Of a stretch of 64,000 nucleotides of DNA, positions 34,918-45,736 are shown piece after piece. A program made the translations under genes and the position numbers. This DNA comes from an uncultured Eubacteriales bacterium. GTDB lineage: Bacteria; Acidobacteriota; Aminicenantia; Aminicenantales; Saccharicenantaceae. The notes under the pieces were generated by a model. The model was given only the letters and a program-made list of their open reading frames with translations, ran no database searches and was not told where the DNA came from. Position 1 is the stretch's first letter; every line of letters begins with the position of its first letter. The stretch is from positions 9,556 to 73,555 of the forward strand of contig CAZGJS010000008.1 of NCBI GenBank assembly GCA_964525875.1, in the 5' to 3' direction.

Positions 34918-36706
34918 TATTGTTCTGACGCTCATCGTCTTCGTCGTTTTCGGTGTTTGCGCGAAGTCGCAATCCCGGTCGACGCCCGCGGCGTCAGCCC
35001 AGTCCGCTGGTGGTCCCCAGCTCGCACCGAAGCCGTCCGCCGAAGCCGCCGCCTGGGTCGATAAGACCCTGGCCGGCCTCACGCTCGAAAAGAAGATTGG
35101 CCAGATCATCTGTTCGGACGTCACCGGCGGCTACATCGCCGCAGACGACCCGCGCCTCCTGAACTGGCTCGCGCTCGCGCGCGACCAAGGCCTGGGCATG
35201 TTCGTCCTCTACGGCGGGACACCGCGCGACGTCGCCCACCTTCTCAACCGGCTCCAGAAAGCGGCCGAGATCCCGCTCCTCATCTCCGCCGACTTCGAAG
35301 GCGGCCCGGGCCAGCAGGTGACGGGTGCGAGCGAGTACCCGGCCAACATGGCCTTCGCCGCCGCCCGCTCCGAAGACCTCATGTACCGGGCGGCTTCGGC
35401 CGCCGCCGTCGAGGGCCGGGCCATGGGCATCCACCTGACCTACACGCCTGTCGTCGATATCGCCTGGCGCCCCGACAATCCGGCCGAGAGCGTCCGCTCC
35501 TTCGGCGGCGACCTGGCCCTGCTCGGGCGCATGGTCCGGGCCTACGTCCGCGGCTGTCACGACAACGGCATGCTGACCTCGGCCAAGCATTTCCCCGGCC
35601 GCGGCGACGTCGAGACGATGCCCGCCAACCCCGGCTGGGCGTGGATCAATAAGCCCGCGAAAGACGTCGAAGCTCAGGAGTTCCGGGCCTTTAAGCATGG
35701 CATCGACGCCGGCGTCGATTTCGTCATGACCGAGCACATCGCCGTCCCTTCCGTCACCGGCGGCTCCGATCTTCCGGCGAGCGTCGAAAAGAAACTCGTC
35801 ACCGGCTGGCTCAAAGGCAAGCTCGGCTTCAAGGGCGTCGTGACCTCGGACGACCTCTGGTACGACAACGTTATCAACCGCTTCGGCGCCGAGGATGTGG
35901 CCGTGAAGGCCTTCGAAGCCGGCCACGACGTCATCCTCAAGCCGAAGAATCCGGCCGCGGCGATCGCCGCCCTCGCCGCCGCGGTCCGTTCGGGCCGCAT
36001 TCCCGAAAGCCGGGTCGACGAGGCCGCCCGCAAGATACTGACCCTGAAAGCACGGCTCGGCCTTCACAAAAACCGGTTCGTCGACGAAACGCGCGTGGGC
36101 GAGTTCGTCGGTACAGCGGCCCACCAGGCCATCGTCCAGGAGGTCGCCGACAAGTCGCTGACCCTCCTCAAGAACGACAAGGTCCTGCCGCTCGCACTCG
36201 CCCCGGGCAGCCCCGCGCCCAAACTCGTCAACGTCAACGTCCAGAAGTACGACGGCGACCCCATGCCGGCGGCCCTTTCGGAGAAACTCGCCGCCGCCTT
36301 CCCCGGAACGCCGAGTTTCACCCTGCGGCCCGACATGGACCCGGGCTACTACGAGACCGCCATGAAAGCGGTCGCCGGCGCCGACCTCGTCGTCCTGTCG
36401 CTCTTCGTCCCGAGGAACAGAATGGGCGACGCCGCGCCCTTCCGCGAGGCCGACCTGGCCTTCCTCCTGAAAGTTATCGCCGCCAAGCCCGATGCCGTCG
36501 TGGCCATGGCCTACGGCAACCCGCAGCTCATCCGCAAGATCCCAATGGTCCCGGCTTTTTTGGTGGGCTACGGCGAGCGGGGCTGGTTTGGGAACCAGGC
36601 CGTCTATTTCGACTCGTTCATCAAGGCCCTCAAGGGCGAGCTCAAGCCCGCCGGCCGGCTTCCGGTCACGGTCAGCAGGGAGTATCCGATCGGCAGCGGC
36701 CGCTAA
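34844..36706 (+). CDS. glycoside hydrolase family 3 (beta-N-acetylhexosaminidase/beta-glucosidase-like); true start uncertain
   Basis: GH3 N-domain motifs ...SADFEGG... and KHFPGRGD. An N-terminal hydrophobic segment after about 25 residues. The third palindromic repeat overlaps the annotated N-terminus. Confidence 0.8.
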   Translation: MRKHGADQETAAYRGHVPPVRVPVIIVLTLIVFVVFGVCAKSQSRSTPAASAQSAGGPQLAPKPSAEAAAWVDKTLAGLTLEKKIGQIICSDVTGGYIAADDPRLLNWLALARDQGLGMFVLYGGTPRDVAHLLNRLQKAAEIPLLISADFEGGPGQQVTGASEYPANMAFAAARSEDLMYRAASAAAVEGRAMGIHLTYTPVVDIAWRPDNPAESVRSFGGDLALLGRMVRAYVRGCHDNGMLTSAKHFPGRGDVETMPANPGWAWINKPAKDVEAQEFRAFKHGIDAGVDFVMTEHIAVPSVTGGSDLPASVEKKLVTGWLKGKLGFKGVVTSDDLWYDNVINRFGAEDVAVKAFEAGHDVILKPKNPAAAIAALAAAVRSGRIPESRVDEAARKILTLKARLGLHKNRFVDETRVGEFVGTAAHQAIVQEVADKSLTLLKNDKVLPLALAPGSPAPKLVNVNVQKYDGDPMPAALSEKLAAAFPGTPSFTLRPDMDPGYYETAMKAVAGADLVVLSLFVPRNRMGDAAPFREADLAFLLKVIAAKPDAVVAMAYGNPQLIRKIPMVPAFLVGYGERGWFGNQAVYFDSFIKALKGELKPAGRLPVTVSREYPIGSGR

Positions 36707-38286
36707 ATTCCCTCCGGCCACAGCCGGACCATGACGACGCCGTGGCGGGCGACGTAGGCCGTGAAGGAATCTTTGTGGACCCCGAGGTCTTTCTGGCGCC
36801 AGAGATCGCGGACCTTCTGCCCGCCCTCGACGCCGAGATCGGCCCAGAGGGCGGTGACCTCGGCCAGGCCTTGGCCCCGGTTGAAGAGCCCTACGGCCTT
36901 GGATCCGTCCTCGAGTTCCCTGGCCCAGACTTCGAGGTCGCCGCTTTTCGCGACGCGCCGGCCGGGTTTGCCCAGGGGATCCTGGTCGACGTCGATGACC
37001 TCGTCGTTCGTCAACAGGCCCAGTGTGAAGTCGTCGAGGCGGGTGATGTCGCCGCTGAAGATGAGCGGGGCCGCGACGAGCGCCCAGAGCGAAACATGGG
37101 CGTACTGCTCGTTCGGCGTAAGCGGGGTCATGGCCGTGCCGCCTTTCCAATCGCTCAGGTAGCCAAGCAGGAGGTAGTCCGGGTCGTTCCAGCGGCCCGG
37201 GCCGCCGTAGCGGTGAAGTTCGTTCTTAGAGTAGACGTCGAAGCCGTCGCGGAAGAGCGCGGCCGGGATGCCCTCGAACGAGCCGCCCAGGTCGCCGGCG
37301 GTCCGCCAACTGTTGCCCCCGACCTCGGCGCCCCACTCCCAGACGTTGCCCATGCCGTACTGGCAGAGGTTGAGGACGATGTCGCGCGGCTGTTTGGCCA
37401 GGATGGCGCTCACGAGCCGGTAAGGTTTCTGGAGCTCTTCGACGCTCTTGTCCTTGGCGACGCCGTTGTAGGAGCACCAGTCGTACTTCAGGAAGTCGTA
37501 GCCCCACTCGACGAAGCGGCGGACGTCCTGCTCCTCGTGCTGCCAGGCCGAGACATGCCCGGCGCAGGTGTAGGGCCCGGGCGAGGTGTAGATGCCGGCC
37601 TTGAGGCCTTTGGCGTGGATATAGTCGGTGAGGCCCTTCATGTCGGGGAAGCGCCCGTTGGAGTTGATCATGCCCTTGTCGTCGCGGGGCTCGCCCAGGA
37701 GGGACGGGTCCTTCGCGTCCGGCCGGATCGACCAGCAGTCGTCGATGTTGACGTATTGGTAGCCGTGGTCGATCATGCCGCTCGAGACCATGGCGTCGGC
37801 GGCGCCGCGCATGATCGCGTCGGTGACGTGGTTCTCCCAGACATACCAGCTGTTCCAGCCCATGTGCGGGGTCAGGGCCAAGGCGTCGCCGCAGACGATC
37901 TTGAAGCCGCGCTCGATCGTACCCGACCGGTTCGTCGCCTTGAACGTGACGGCGTATTCTCCGCGGGCGGCGAGCGCCCCCGTGATCTGTCCGGTGGCTG
38001 TGTCGAGCGCGAGCCCTTCGGGCAGGCCCTCGACGGCGAAGGTCATCGGCCGATCGCCCGTGGCCGGGATGGTGAAGAGGAAGGGCGATCCCGGCCTGAC
38101 GCCGAAGATCCGGGCGCCGTTGATGCGCGGTTCGGGCCCGGGCTTAGGCGTGAGGATGACTTTCTCCTCGGCGGCGAGGGGGGCCGCAAGCGGCACGATT
38201 GCCGCGAACGCGAGGGCGCCCACAGCCAGGGTCAGGATAAGCAGGCGGGATGTTCGTTTCATGGGATGTTTCTCCTTTGGGTCCAT
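36703..38286 (-). CDS. alpha-galactosidase, GH27, with an N-terminal Ig-like domain (likely start at MKRTSRL, 38262)
   Basis: GH27 signatures YVNIDDCW and LKYDWC. Signal peptide. Confidence 0.85.
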   Translation of the reverse strand: MDPKEKHPMKRTSRLLILTLAVGALAFAAIVPLAAPLAAEEKVILTPKPGPEPRINGARIFGVRPGSPFLFTIPATGDRPMTFAVEGLPEGLALDTATGQITGALAARGEYAVTFKATNRSGTIERGFKIVCGDALALTPHMGWNSWYVWENHVTDAIMRGAADAMVSSGMIDHGYQYVNIDDCWSIRPDAKDPSLLGEPRDDKGMINSNGRFPDMKGLTDYIHAKGLKAGIYTSPGPYTCAGHVSAWQHEEQDVRRFVEWGYDFLKYDWCSYNGVAKDKSVEELQKPYRLVSAILAKQPRDIVLNLCQYGMGNVWEWGAEVGGNSWRTAGDLGGSFEGIPAALFRDGFDVYSKNELHRYGGPGRWNDPDYLLLGYLSDWKGGTAMTPLTPNEQYAHVSLWALVAAPLIFSGDITRLDDFTLGLLTNDEVIDVDQDPLGKPGRRVAKSGDLEVWARELEDGSKAVGLFNRGQGLAEVTALWADLGVEGGQKVRDLWRQKDLGVHKDSFTAYVARHGVVMVRLWPEGI

Positions 38287-38360
38287 ATGTCGTGAAAGCG
38301 AGTGCGGACATTATTACCCGCTGCCCCGGACAAGTAAAGAGGCGCGCCTCGGCGCACCTG

Positions 38361-38394
38361 GAAATTCGGAAATTGGTATTGTGTCCCCGAATTT
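38361..38394. repeat. copy of the AAATTCGGAAAT-GGTATTGTGTCCCCGAATT motif in the divergent GH27/M14 intergenic region
   Basis: gaaattcggaaattggtattgtgtccccgaattt, 40 bp upstream of the M14 ATG. Confidence 0.5.
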
Positions 38395-38433
38395 GTTAAC
38401 CTACCCCCTCGTGCATGGACAGGAGTTAGACCC

Positions 38434-41271
38434 ATGAAAAAAGCCCGCCATCTCACCCTGCTCTTCCTGCCGCTTCTCTTGGTCGCGGTCATCGTCGCCG
38501 CGGCCCCTCAGACTCAAGTCAAAAATCCATACGCCCCGGACACACCCGAGCCGGGTTCGGTCGAGGCCATCGCCAAGTTCACGACCGAAGCCCGCTTCGG
38601 CAACCCCTGGGTGGCCTACGTGCCGGCGTCGGACACGGTCGTTTCGCCGACCAAGTACCTCGGCCACGTCGTCGGGGCCGAGGGAGAGCTTTCGTCGACG
38701 GTCAAGATCTACGGCTACTTCCGAAAGCTCGCCGAAACGTCGCCTCGCGTCCGCGTCGAAACGATCGGCCGGAGCGAAGAGGGGAGGGACATCCTTCTCG
38801 TCGTCGTCTCGGACGAGGCGGGCATCCGCGACCTCGCGAAGCACAAAGCGGCTACTGCCGCCCTGGCCGACCCGCGCAAGACGACCCCGGAGGCCGCCGA
38901 GGCCCTCATCGCCTCGGCCCGGCCGATCTACTACTTCAACGCCGGGCTCCACTCGACCGAGCTGGGCAGCCCGGAGATGGTCATGGAGCTGGCCTACCGC
39001 CTAGCCGTCTCCGAACAGCCGATGATCCGCAAGATCCGGAGCGAGATCATCGTCCTGATCAACCCCGTCTCCGAACCCGACGGCCGCGACAAGCAGGTGG
39101 ACTGGTTCTATCGCTACCTCAAGGGCAAGACGGATTTCGAAAACCTGCCGCCGGTCTCGCCGCCCTACTGGGGACACTACGTCTTCCACGACAACAACCG
39201 CGACACGCACCAGGAGGCGCTCGAGCTGTCGAAGGCCGTGAGCCGGATGTTCTTCGACTACCATCCGACGGTCGTCCACGACCTCCACGAGTCGATCCCG
39301 CTCCTCCAGACCTGGAACGGCACCGGGCCGTTCAACGCCAACATCGACCCGATCCTCATCAACGAGTTCTTCGCCATGGCCTTTGCCGAGATCGGCGCCC
39401 TGACGTCCCTGGGCATGCCCGGCGTCTGGACCTGGGGCTTCGGCGAGGGCTGGGGGCACCACTACCTCGACTCGATCGCCGTCAACCACAACAGCATGGG
39501 ACGCGGTTACGAGACCTACGGCAACGGCACGGCCGAGACCGTCGAGCGGGTGCTTCGGCCGAACGAGGAGCGCTACGCGGGGCGCCCGGTGACGAGCCGG
39601 GAATGGTACCGGCCCATGCCGCCGCCCCGGAAGCTCCGCTGGTCGCTCCGCAACAACACGAATTACATGGAGAGCGGCTGCCTGGCCATCCTCGACTACA
39701 CGGCCAAGAACGCCAAAGACATGCTCCGCGATTTCTACCGCAAGGGCTACAACTCCTGGCAAAAAGGCGTCAAGGGCGGCCCCTACGCGTTCGCCATCCC
39801 CGAGGACCAGGGCGACCGCCGCCGCGTGGCCGAGATGGTCAACCTCCTCCTCACCCACCGCATCGAGGTTTCGCGGGCGTCCGCGCCGTTCAAGGTCGGG
39901 GAAGGGGAGTTCGCGGCCGGGACCTACGTCGTGCGGCTCGACCAGCCGTACCGCAACTACGCCGTGGACCTGCTTCTCCCCCAGGCCTTCCCGCCCGACG
40001 CGGCATACGAGCCCTACGACGACGTGTCCTGGTCCCTGCCCGTTCATTACGGCGTCGAAGCCAAGCGGATCGACGACGCCAAGGTCATGGACGTGCCGCT
40101 CGCGCCGGTCCAGGCCGGATTCGAAATCCAAGGCAAGCTCGACGGAACGGGGCCAGTTTTCCTGCTGAAAGACACGGGCCAGGAGGCGCTGCTTGCGCTC
40201 CGCAGCCGCCTGGCCGCCTTCCGCGTCGAGATCGCCGAGAAGGCGTTCAAGTCCGGCGATAAGGATTATCCGGCCGGCTCCTGGATACTGTCCGATCAAA
40301 AAGGGCTGACGGACGCGCTGAAGCGGGGCGCCGCCGAGCTGGCCGTGGATTTCGAGAGCGTGCCGGTTGCGCCGGACGTGCCGCGGCACGAGTCCAAGGT
40401 GCCGCGCCTGGCCGTCTGGCACACCTGGGCCGACACCGAGGCGGTCGGCTGGGTCCGCTTCGTGCTCGACCGGGAAAAAATCCCATATACCTACGTTCGC
40501 GACGAGGACATCCGCGCCGGGCGCCTGCGCGAACGGTTCGACATCATCCTCTTCGGCCATAACTATCTCGGCCTCCAGGACCAGATCCAGGGCATCGATA
40601 AGAAGTTCGGGCCGATGGCCTACACCAAGACCAAAGATTTCCCCAGCCTCGGGGTCCCCGACGCTTCCGAGGACATCACAGGCGGGATCGGCTGGACCGG
40701 CATGGCCAACCTCGAGAAGTATCTCGCCGATGGAGGGCTTCTTATCACGCTCGGCAACGGCTCGGCCATCGCCCTCGAAGGAGGGCTCGTCCGGGACGTC
40801 CGCCGGAAATCGGGCGCTTTCTTCACGCCGGGCTCGGAGCTCAAGGTCAAGTTCGTGCGGCCCGACCATCCGCTGGCCTACGGCTCGCCGGAAGTGACGT
40901 CTGTTTTCCGCACGGGAATGCCCGTCTACGACATCGCCGTGTCGGGCCGGCGCGGCGTCGTCCTCCAGTGGGGCACGAAGCTCAGGACGGAGGACCGGGA
41001 GGAGGAGGGAGCGGAAGGCTCGAAGCCGAAAGATCCTAAAGACCCGGTTAAGAAAGAAGAGGTCAAGATGCTCGTCAGCGGCGCCGTCAAGGGCGAGGAC
41101 GAGCTCGAGGGGCGGCCGGCGATCCTCGATCTGCCGGCCGGCAAGGGCCGCGTCATCGCCTTCCTCTTCAACCCGATCCACCGGGACCTCAACCGCTCGG
41201 ACCACCGCTTGCTCTGGAATGCGCTCCTCAACTGGAATATATTTGGGGTCGGACCACAGCAATCAAAATGA
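38434..41271 (+). CDS. secreted M14-family zinc carboxypeptidase-like protein (945 aa)
   Basis: Signal peptide. M14 zinc-ligand block ...FNAGLHSTELGSPEM... (HxxE) and a downstream His. Confidence 0.8.
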   Translation: MKKARHLTLLFLPLLLVAVIVAAAPQTQVKNPYAPDTPEPGSVEAIAKFTTEARFGNPWVAYVPASDTVVSPTKYLGHVVGAEGELSSTVKIYGYFRKLAETSPRVRVETIGRSEEGRDILLVVVSDEAGIRDLAKHKAATAALADPRKTTPEAAEALIASARPIYYFNAGLHSTELGSPEMVMELAYRLAVSEQPMIRKIRSEIIVLINPVSEPDGRDKQVDWFYRYLKGKTDFENLPPVSPPYWGHYVFHDNNRDTHQEALELSKAVSRMFFDYHPTVVHDLHESIPLLQTWNGTGPFNANIDPILINEFFAMAFAEIGALTSLGMPGVWTWGFGEGWGHHYLDSIAVNHNSMGRGYETYGNGTAETVERVLRPNEERYAGRPVTSREWYRPMPPPRKLRWSLRNNTNYMESGCLAILDYTAKNAKDMLRDFYRKGYNSWQKGVKGGPYAFAIPEDQGDRRRVAEMVNLLLTHRIEVSRASAPFKVGEGEFAAGTYVVRLDQPYRNYAVDLLLPQAFPPDAAYEPYDDVSWSLPVHYGVEAKRIDDAKVMDVPLAPVQAGFEIQGKLDGTGPVFLLKDTGQEALLALRSRLAAFRVEIAEKAFKSGDKDYPAGSWILSDQKGLTDALKRGAAELAVDFESVPVAPDVPRHESKVPRLAVWHTWADTEAVGWVRFVLDREKIPYTYVRDEDIRAGRLRERFDIILFGHNYLGLQDQIQGIDKKFGPMAYTKTKDFPSLGVPDASEDITGGIGWTGMANLEKYLADGGLLITLGNGSAIALEGGLVRDVRRKSGAFFTPGSELKVKFVRPDHPLAYGSPEVTSVFRTGMPVYDIAVSGRRGVVLQWGTKLRTEDREEEGAEGSKPKDPKDPVKKEEVKMLVSGAVKGEDELEGRPAILDLPAGKGRVIAFLFNPIHRDLNRSDHRLLWNALLNWNIFGVGPQQSK

Positions 41272-41391
41272 AATCAATAAGTTACCTTCATTTTTACCTA
41301 GTATTTAGGCCTTATTTCGTGGTTTTTGAGGCTAAAAACAGATGTGTATAATAAAAACCGCATCATCACCCGCCAGGAGGTACGACGAATC

Positions 41392-43539
41392 ATGAGTAGA
41401 CACGTTGCGATCATCTTCATCATCGGGCTTGCGCTCCTGCCCGCGATGTCCTGCAAGAAAGACACGCCGGAAACGCCCGCAGCCGTAGCGGTCGTTGCCG
41501 CCAACGCAGACAACCCGTTCTTCAAACCCTACGGGACGCCGTTCAACGTCCCGCCGTTCGACCTCATCAAGACCGAGCATTTCCTGCCGGCCATCGAAGA
41601 GGGCATCCGGCGCGAGCAGGTTGAAGTCGACGCCATCGTCAACAACCGCAAGCCGCCGACCTTCGAGAACACCATCGCCGCCCTCGACCACACCGGGATC
41701 TTCCTCTCGGAAGTGAACGGGGTCTTCGGGGCCCTCCAGGGCGCGCTCACCAACAAGGACCTCCAGGCCCTGGCCCGGCAGACGGCGCCCATGCTGGCCG
41801 CCCACCGCGACAACATTGGGCTCAACGAGACTCTCTTCCAGCGCGTCAAGGCGGTCTATGACAAGCGCGACACGCTGAAGCTCGACCGTGAGCAGCTCTT
41901 CCTCCTGGAGAACACCTACAAGGACTTCGTCCGCGGCGGCGCCCTGCTCGGCGAGAACGAAAAAGCCCGCCTGCGGGAGCTCAACCAGGAGCTGTCGCTC
42001 CAGACCGTGAAGTTCGCCGAAAACGTCCTGGCCGAGACAAACGCCTTCCAGCTCGTGATCGACAACAAGGCCGACCTGGCCGGCCTGCCCCCCTCGGTCG
42101 TCGACATGGCCGCCGCGACGGCCAAGCAATCCGGGCTCGAGGGGAAATGGGCCTTCACGATCCAGGTCCCGAGCATGACGCCGTTCCTCACGTATTCTGA
42201 GAAGCGCCCCTTGCGCGAGCGCATCCACCGGGCCTATTTCATGAAGGGCGACAACGACAACGAATTCGACAACAAGGAGATCGCCAAGAAGATCGCGGAC
42301 CTGCGCCGCCGGCGGGCTGAGATCCTGGGCTACGCCAACCACGCCGCCTTCGTCCTCGAGAACAACATGGCCAAGACCCCCGAGCGAGTCGACGCCTTTC
42401 TGAAACAGCTCTGGGAGCCGACGGTCGTCAAGGCCCGTGAAGAGGCGGCCGCGCTCCAGTCCCTGATCGACCGCCAGGGCGGGAAATTCAAGCTGGCCTC
42501 GTGGGATTGGTGGCTTTACACCGAGAAGCTGCGCCAGGAGAAATACGCCTTGGACGATTCCGCCCTGCGGCCCTACTTCAAGCTCGACAACGTCCGGGAG
42601 GGGATCTTCGCCCTGTGCGAAAAGCTCTACGGCCTGAAATTCGTGGAGAAGCCCGACCTGCCGCGCTATCACCCCGAGGTCCAGGTTTTCGAGGTCCTTG
42701 AGGCCGACGGCCGGCACACGGGCATCCTGTACATGGACTTCCATCCGCGGCCGAGCAAGCGGAGCGGCGCCTGGTCGGGCGGCTTCCGGCGGGCCTATTA
42801 CGAGAAGGGTCAGCGCGTGCCGCCCGTGGCCACCATCGTCTGCAATTTCACCCGGCCCACGGCCGACGCGCCCGCGCTCATATCCACCGACGAGGTCTCG
42901 ACCTACTTCCACGAGTTCGGCCACGCCCTGTCCACGCTCTTCTCGCAGGGCCGCTATCGCAGCCGGACCGTGGCCCGGGATTCGGTCGAGCTCCCCTCGC
43001 AGATCATGGAGCACTGGGCCTTCGAACCCGAGCTCCTGGCCCTCTACGCCAAGCACTATCAGACCGGCGAGACGATCCCCTCGGCCATGGTCGAAAAGCT
43101 CGACAAGAGCAGTCTCTTCAACCAGGGCTTCATCACCGCGGAATACCTGGCCGCTTCGATCCTCGACATGGCCTGGCACACCTTGCCGAATCCGGCCGAG
43201 GTCGACGCGCGTCAGTACGAGAACAAGGTCATGGGCGAGATCGGGCTCATCCCGGAGATCGTCCCCCGCTACCGCAGCACCTATTTCAGCCACATCTTCA
43301 GCGGGGGCTACGCCGCCGGATATTATGCCTACATCTGGTCGGAGGTCCTCGACTGCGACGCCTACGAAGCCTTCAAGGAGAAAGGGATCTTCGACCGGGC
43401 CACGGCCGAATCCTTCCGCAAGAACGTCCTGGAGCCGTTCGGGACCGAGGACCCCATGACCCAGTACGTTCGCTTCCGCGGCGCCGAGCCCAAGATCGAC
43501 GGGCTCCTCCGCAACCGCGGCCTGGAGGTCAAGAAATAG
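41392..43539 (+). CDS. dcp: M3-family peptidyl-dipeptidase (Dcp/oligopeptidase A-like) lipoprotein
   Basis: HEFGH zinc motif (YFHEFGHAL). Lipobox LLPAMSC. AGGAGG RBS. The upstream in-frame ATG at 41326 is less likely. Confidence 0.85.
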   Translation: MSRHVAIIFIIGLALLPAMSCKKDTPETPAAVAVVAANADNPFFKPYGTPFNVPPFDLIKTEHFLPAIEEGIRREQVEVDAIVNNRKPPTFENTIAALDHTGIFLSEVNGVFGALQGALTNKDLQALARQTAPMLAAHRDNIGLNETLFQRVKAVYDKRDTLKLDREQLFLLENTYKDFVRGGALLGENEKARLRELNQELSLQTVKFAENVLAETNAFQLVIDNKADLAGLPPSVVDMAAATAKQSGLEGKWAFTIQVPSMTPFLTYSEKRPLRERIHRAYFMKGDNDNEFDNKEIAKKIADLRRRRAEILGYANHAAFVLENNMAKTPERVDAFLKQLWEPTVVKAREEAAALQSLIDRQGGKFKLASWDWWLYTEKLRQEKYALDDSALRPYFKLDNVREGIFALCEKLYGLKFVEKPDLPRYHPEVQVFEVLEADGRHTGILYMDFHPRPSKRSGAWSGGFRRAYYEKGQRVPPVATIVCNFTRPTADAPALISTDEVSTYFHEFGHALSTLFSQGRYRSRTVARDSVELPSQIMEHWAFEPELLALYAKHYQTGETIPSAMVEKLDKSSLFNQGFITAEYLAASILDMAWHTLPNPAEVDARQYENKVMGEIGLIPEIVPRYRSTYFSHIFSGGYAAGYYAYIWSEVLDCDAYEAFKEKGIFDRATAESFRKNVLEPFGTEDPMTQYVRFRGAEPKIDGLLRNRGLEVKK

Positions 43540-43569
43540 CGGACGGGAATCTCCCGGCGTATTTATAGG

Positions 43570-43989
43570 CTAAAGGGCAAGCCAGTTCTCGACCTTCAGC
43601 CCCGTGATCCCCGCGAAGTGACGCGTGTTGCCGGTCACCACTGTCAAGCGATGCCGCATCGCGATCGCGGCGATCTGCAGATCGGGCTCGAACCGGGGCC
43701 GGCCCTTTCGCTCGAGCTCGGATTTGAGGCGGCCGTAGGTTAGCGCGCTCTCCTCATCGAAGGGCAGGATCGTGAGCCGCGGGAAGACTAGGCCCTCGAA
43801 GAAATCGAGAAGCCGCCTCCGATCGTTTTCTTGATCCTTCATCCTGAAAATCCCGTAATAGATCTCGGCGACATTGACGGCGCTCGTGAATTGCGAGGCC
43901 AACGGTGTTTGAACGAGCCGCGACATCAGGATTTCCGGCCGCCGTTTCTTGGCGAGTTGGCTGAGGACGTCCGAGTCGAAGAGGAACAT
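43570..43989 (-). CDS. vapC: PIN-domain toxin VapC
   Basis: MFLFDSDVL... followed by conserved acidic residues. The start overlaps the antitoxin stop (ATGA). Confidence 0.8.
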   Translation of the reverse strand: MFLFDSDVLSQLAKKRRPEILMSRLVQTPLASQFTSAVNVAEIYYGIFRMKDQENDRRRLLDFFEGLVFPRLTILPFDEESALTYGRLKSELERKGRPRFEPDLQIAAIAMRHRLTVVTGNTRHFAGITGLKVENWLAL

Positions 43990-44264
43990 CAGAGGACCGG
44001 CTTTCGGGCTCTGGATTTCGCCCGGGCCGCGTAGATCTCCTCGATCATGACGTCGATTTCCGCGTCCAGATCTTCGCGAGGCGGGGCGACGGAGGCCAAC
44101 CCGCCGGATGTTTCGCCCTCGCGTCGTTCCCACTCCTCATAAGGGACAAGGGCCGCGACCGGCTTTCCCCGCTTGGTGATCACGATATGTTCCTTCAGAT
44201 GGATAAGACGGTCGACGAGGCCTGAAAATCTCGCTTTCGCCTTGGTCAGGGGAATCGATTTCAT
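43989..44264 (-). CDS. Phd/YefM-family antitoxin
   Basis: 91 aa with ...ITKRGKPVAALVPYEEWE... Phd/YefM signature. Confidence 0.75.
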   Translation of the reverse strand: MKSIPLTKAKARFSGLVDRLIHLKEHIVITKRGKPVAALVPYEEWERREGETSGGLASVAPPREDLDAEIDVMIEEIYAARAKSRARKPVL

Positions 44265-44320
44265 GTTCGCGGCCTCCCCGGGATATCCTTACCTGAGTAA
44301 TATGGTCAAAATGACTAGTT

Positions 44321-45688
44321 TTGTCAACAGAATTATCTTTTGATCTGATATATACTATAAGCGATATAACCCGAGAGGAGCAGGATCCCATCGACAAGAT
44401 ATCCCGCCGGAGATTCTTCGAGAGCGGTCTCAGGCTGGCCGGTTTGGCGGGCCTCGGCGGACTCCGGCTGAGCGGGTCCGCGGAGCCTCGAGCCAGGCTG
44501 AATGCGCCGGCGGGCCCTTCGCCTCATCTAGGCCTGACGGTCGGGCGCGGCGGCTTTTTCGGCGTCCAGACGCACTTCGGCCAGTATCGGGCCGGAGTGG
44601 ACGAACTCCTCGACTTGATCAAGGGAGCCGGCGCCGGCTGGATCCGCGACGAGGTCTACTGGTCGGAGGTCGAAAAGAAAAAAGGTGTTTTCGATTTTCC
44701 GTCTCAGTACGATCACTATCTGAAAGCGGCCCTGACCCGGGGGATCCAGGTCCTCCTGATCCTCGATTTCGGCAACGCCATTTATTCGGGTGCGGAAAAG
44801 GGCGGACCGGCGACGGAGACCGAGCGGATGGCCTTCGCCCGATATTGCGGAGCGGTCGTCAAGCGTTACGGCCCGTTCGGAGTTCGGCACTTCGAAGTCT
44901 GGAACGAGCCGAACGCCTCCATGTTCTGGAAACCTCAGCCCAACCCTGGGGATTACGCCAAACTCCTCGAGGCCGCTTATAAAGCCTGCAAGGACGCCGA
45001 CCCGGGCTCGACCGTGCTCGGTTGTTCGACATCGGGAACGGATCTCGATTTTATCGGCGGAGTCCTCGCCGCGGGGGGCGGCCGTTTCATGGATGCCGTC
45101 TCCTTCCATCCATACTGCCAGCCCTCGCCTCCGGAAGAAAGGCTTCTGAATGACATTTCGAGACTGAAGGCGCTCGCCCCGGAAAAGCCGCTGTGGATCA
45201 CGGAAATCGGCTATCCGACACACGCTGGCGCCGCCGGCGTGCCTGAAGAAACGCAGGCCAACTACCTGGTGAGGACTTTCCTGCTGGCCCGATCGTCTTC
45301 GGCCGTCGAGCGCCTGTTCTGGTACGATCTCCAAAACGACGGCGAAGACCCGGCCGAAGCGGAATTCAACTTCGGACTGGTCCGGACGGATAAAACTCCC
45401 AAGCCCGCGTATAGAGCCCTAAAGACGATGGCTTCGCTCGCAAAGGATCTTGCTCCGGTCGAGTTCCGCAGTATCGGAGATACGTACCTTTTGACATTTG
45501 CGGAAGGGGAGAACCGGCTGACCGCCGTGTGGAGGAGCGGTGGGACGGATTCCATAAAGGTCCCCTGTTCAAAAGGCCTATATCGAATTATCGAGCGGGA
45601 CGGGGAGAGCCGGACGGTCGAGGCGAAAACGCCTTTCCTCGAAATCTCCGTTTCCGAAAAACCGAGATTCATCGTGTCCATGGATTGA
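44321..45688 (+). CDS. clan GH-A glycoside hydrolase (GH5/GH39-like TIM barrel) with a Tat-type signal
   Basis: RRRFFESGLRLAGLAG twin-arginine region. Catalytic Glu motifs EVWNEPN and ITEIGY. Confidence 0.7.
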   Translation: MSTELSFDLIYTISDITREEQDPIDKISRRRFFESGLRLAGLAGLGGLRLSGSAEPRARLNAPAGPSPHLGLTVGRGGFFGVQTHFGQYRAGVDELLDLIKGAGAGWIRDEVYWSEVEKKKGVFDFPSQYDHYLKAALTRGIQVLLILDFGNAIYSGAEKGGPATETERMAFARYCGAVVKRYGPFGVRHFEVWNEPNASMFWKPQPNPGDYAKLLEAAYKACKDADPGSTVLGCSTSGTDLDFIGGVLAAGGGRFMDAVSFHPYCQPSPPEERLLNDISRLKALAPEKPLWITEIGYPTHAGAAGVPEETQANYLVRTFLLARSSSAVERLFWYDLQNDGEDPAEAEFNFGLVRTDKTPKPAYRALKTMASLAKDLAPVEFRSIGDTYLLTFAEGENRLTAVWRSGGTDSIKVPCSKGLYRIIERDGESRTVEAKTPFLEISVSEKPRFIVSMD

Positions 45689-45736
45689 GAAAATTCGGAA
45701 AATGGTATTGAAAGAGGGGGTCAAAGTTTAGCCGGC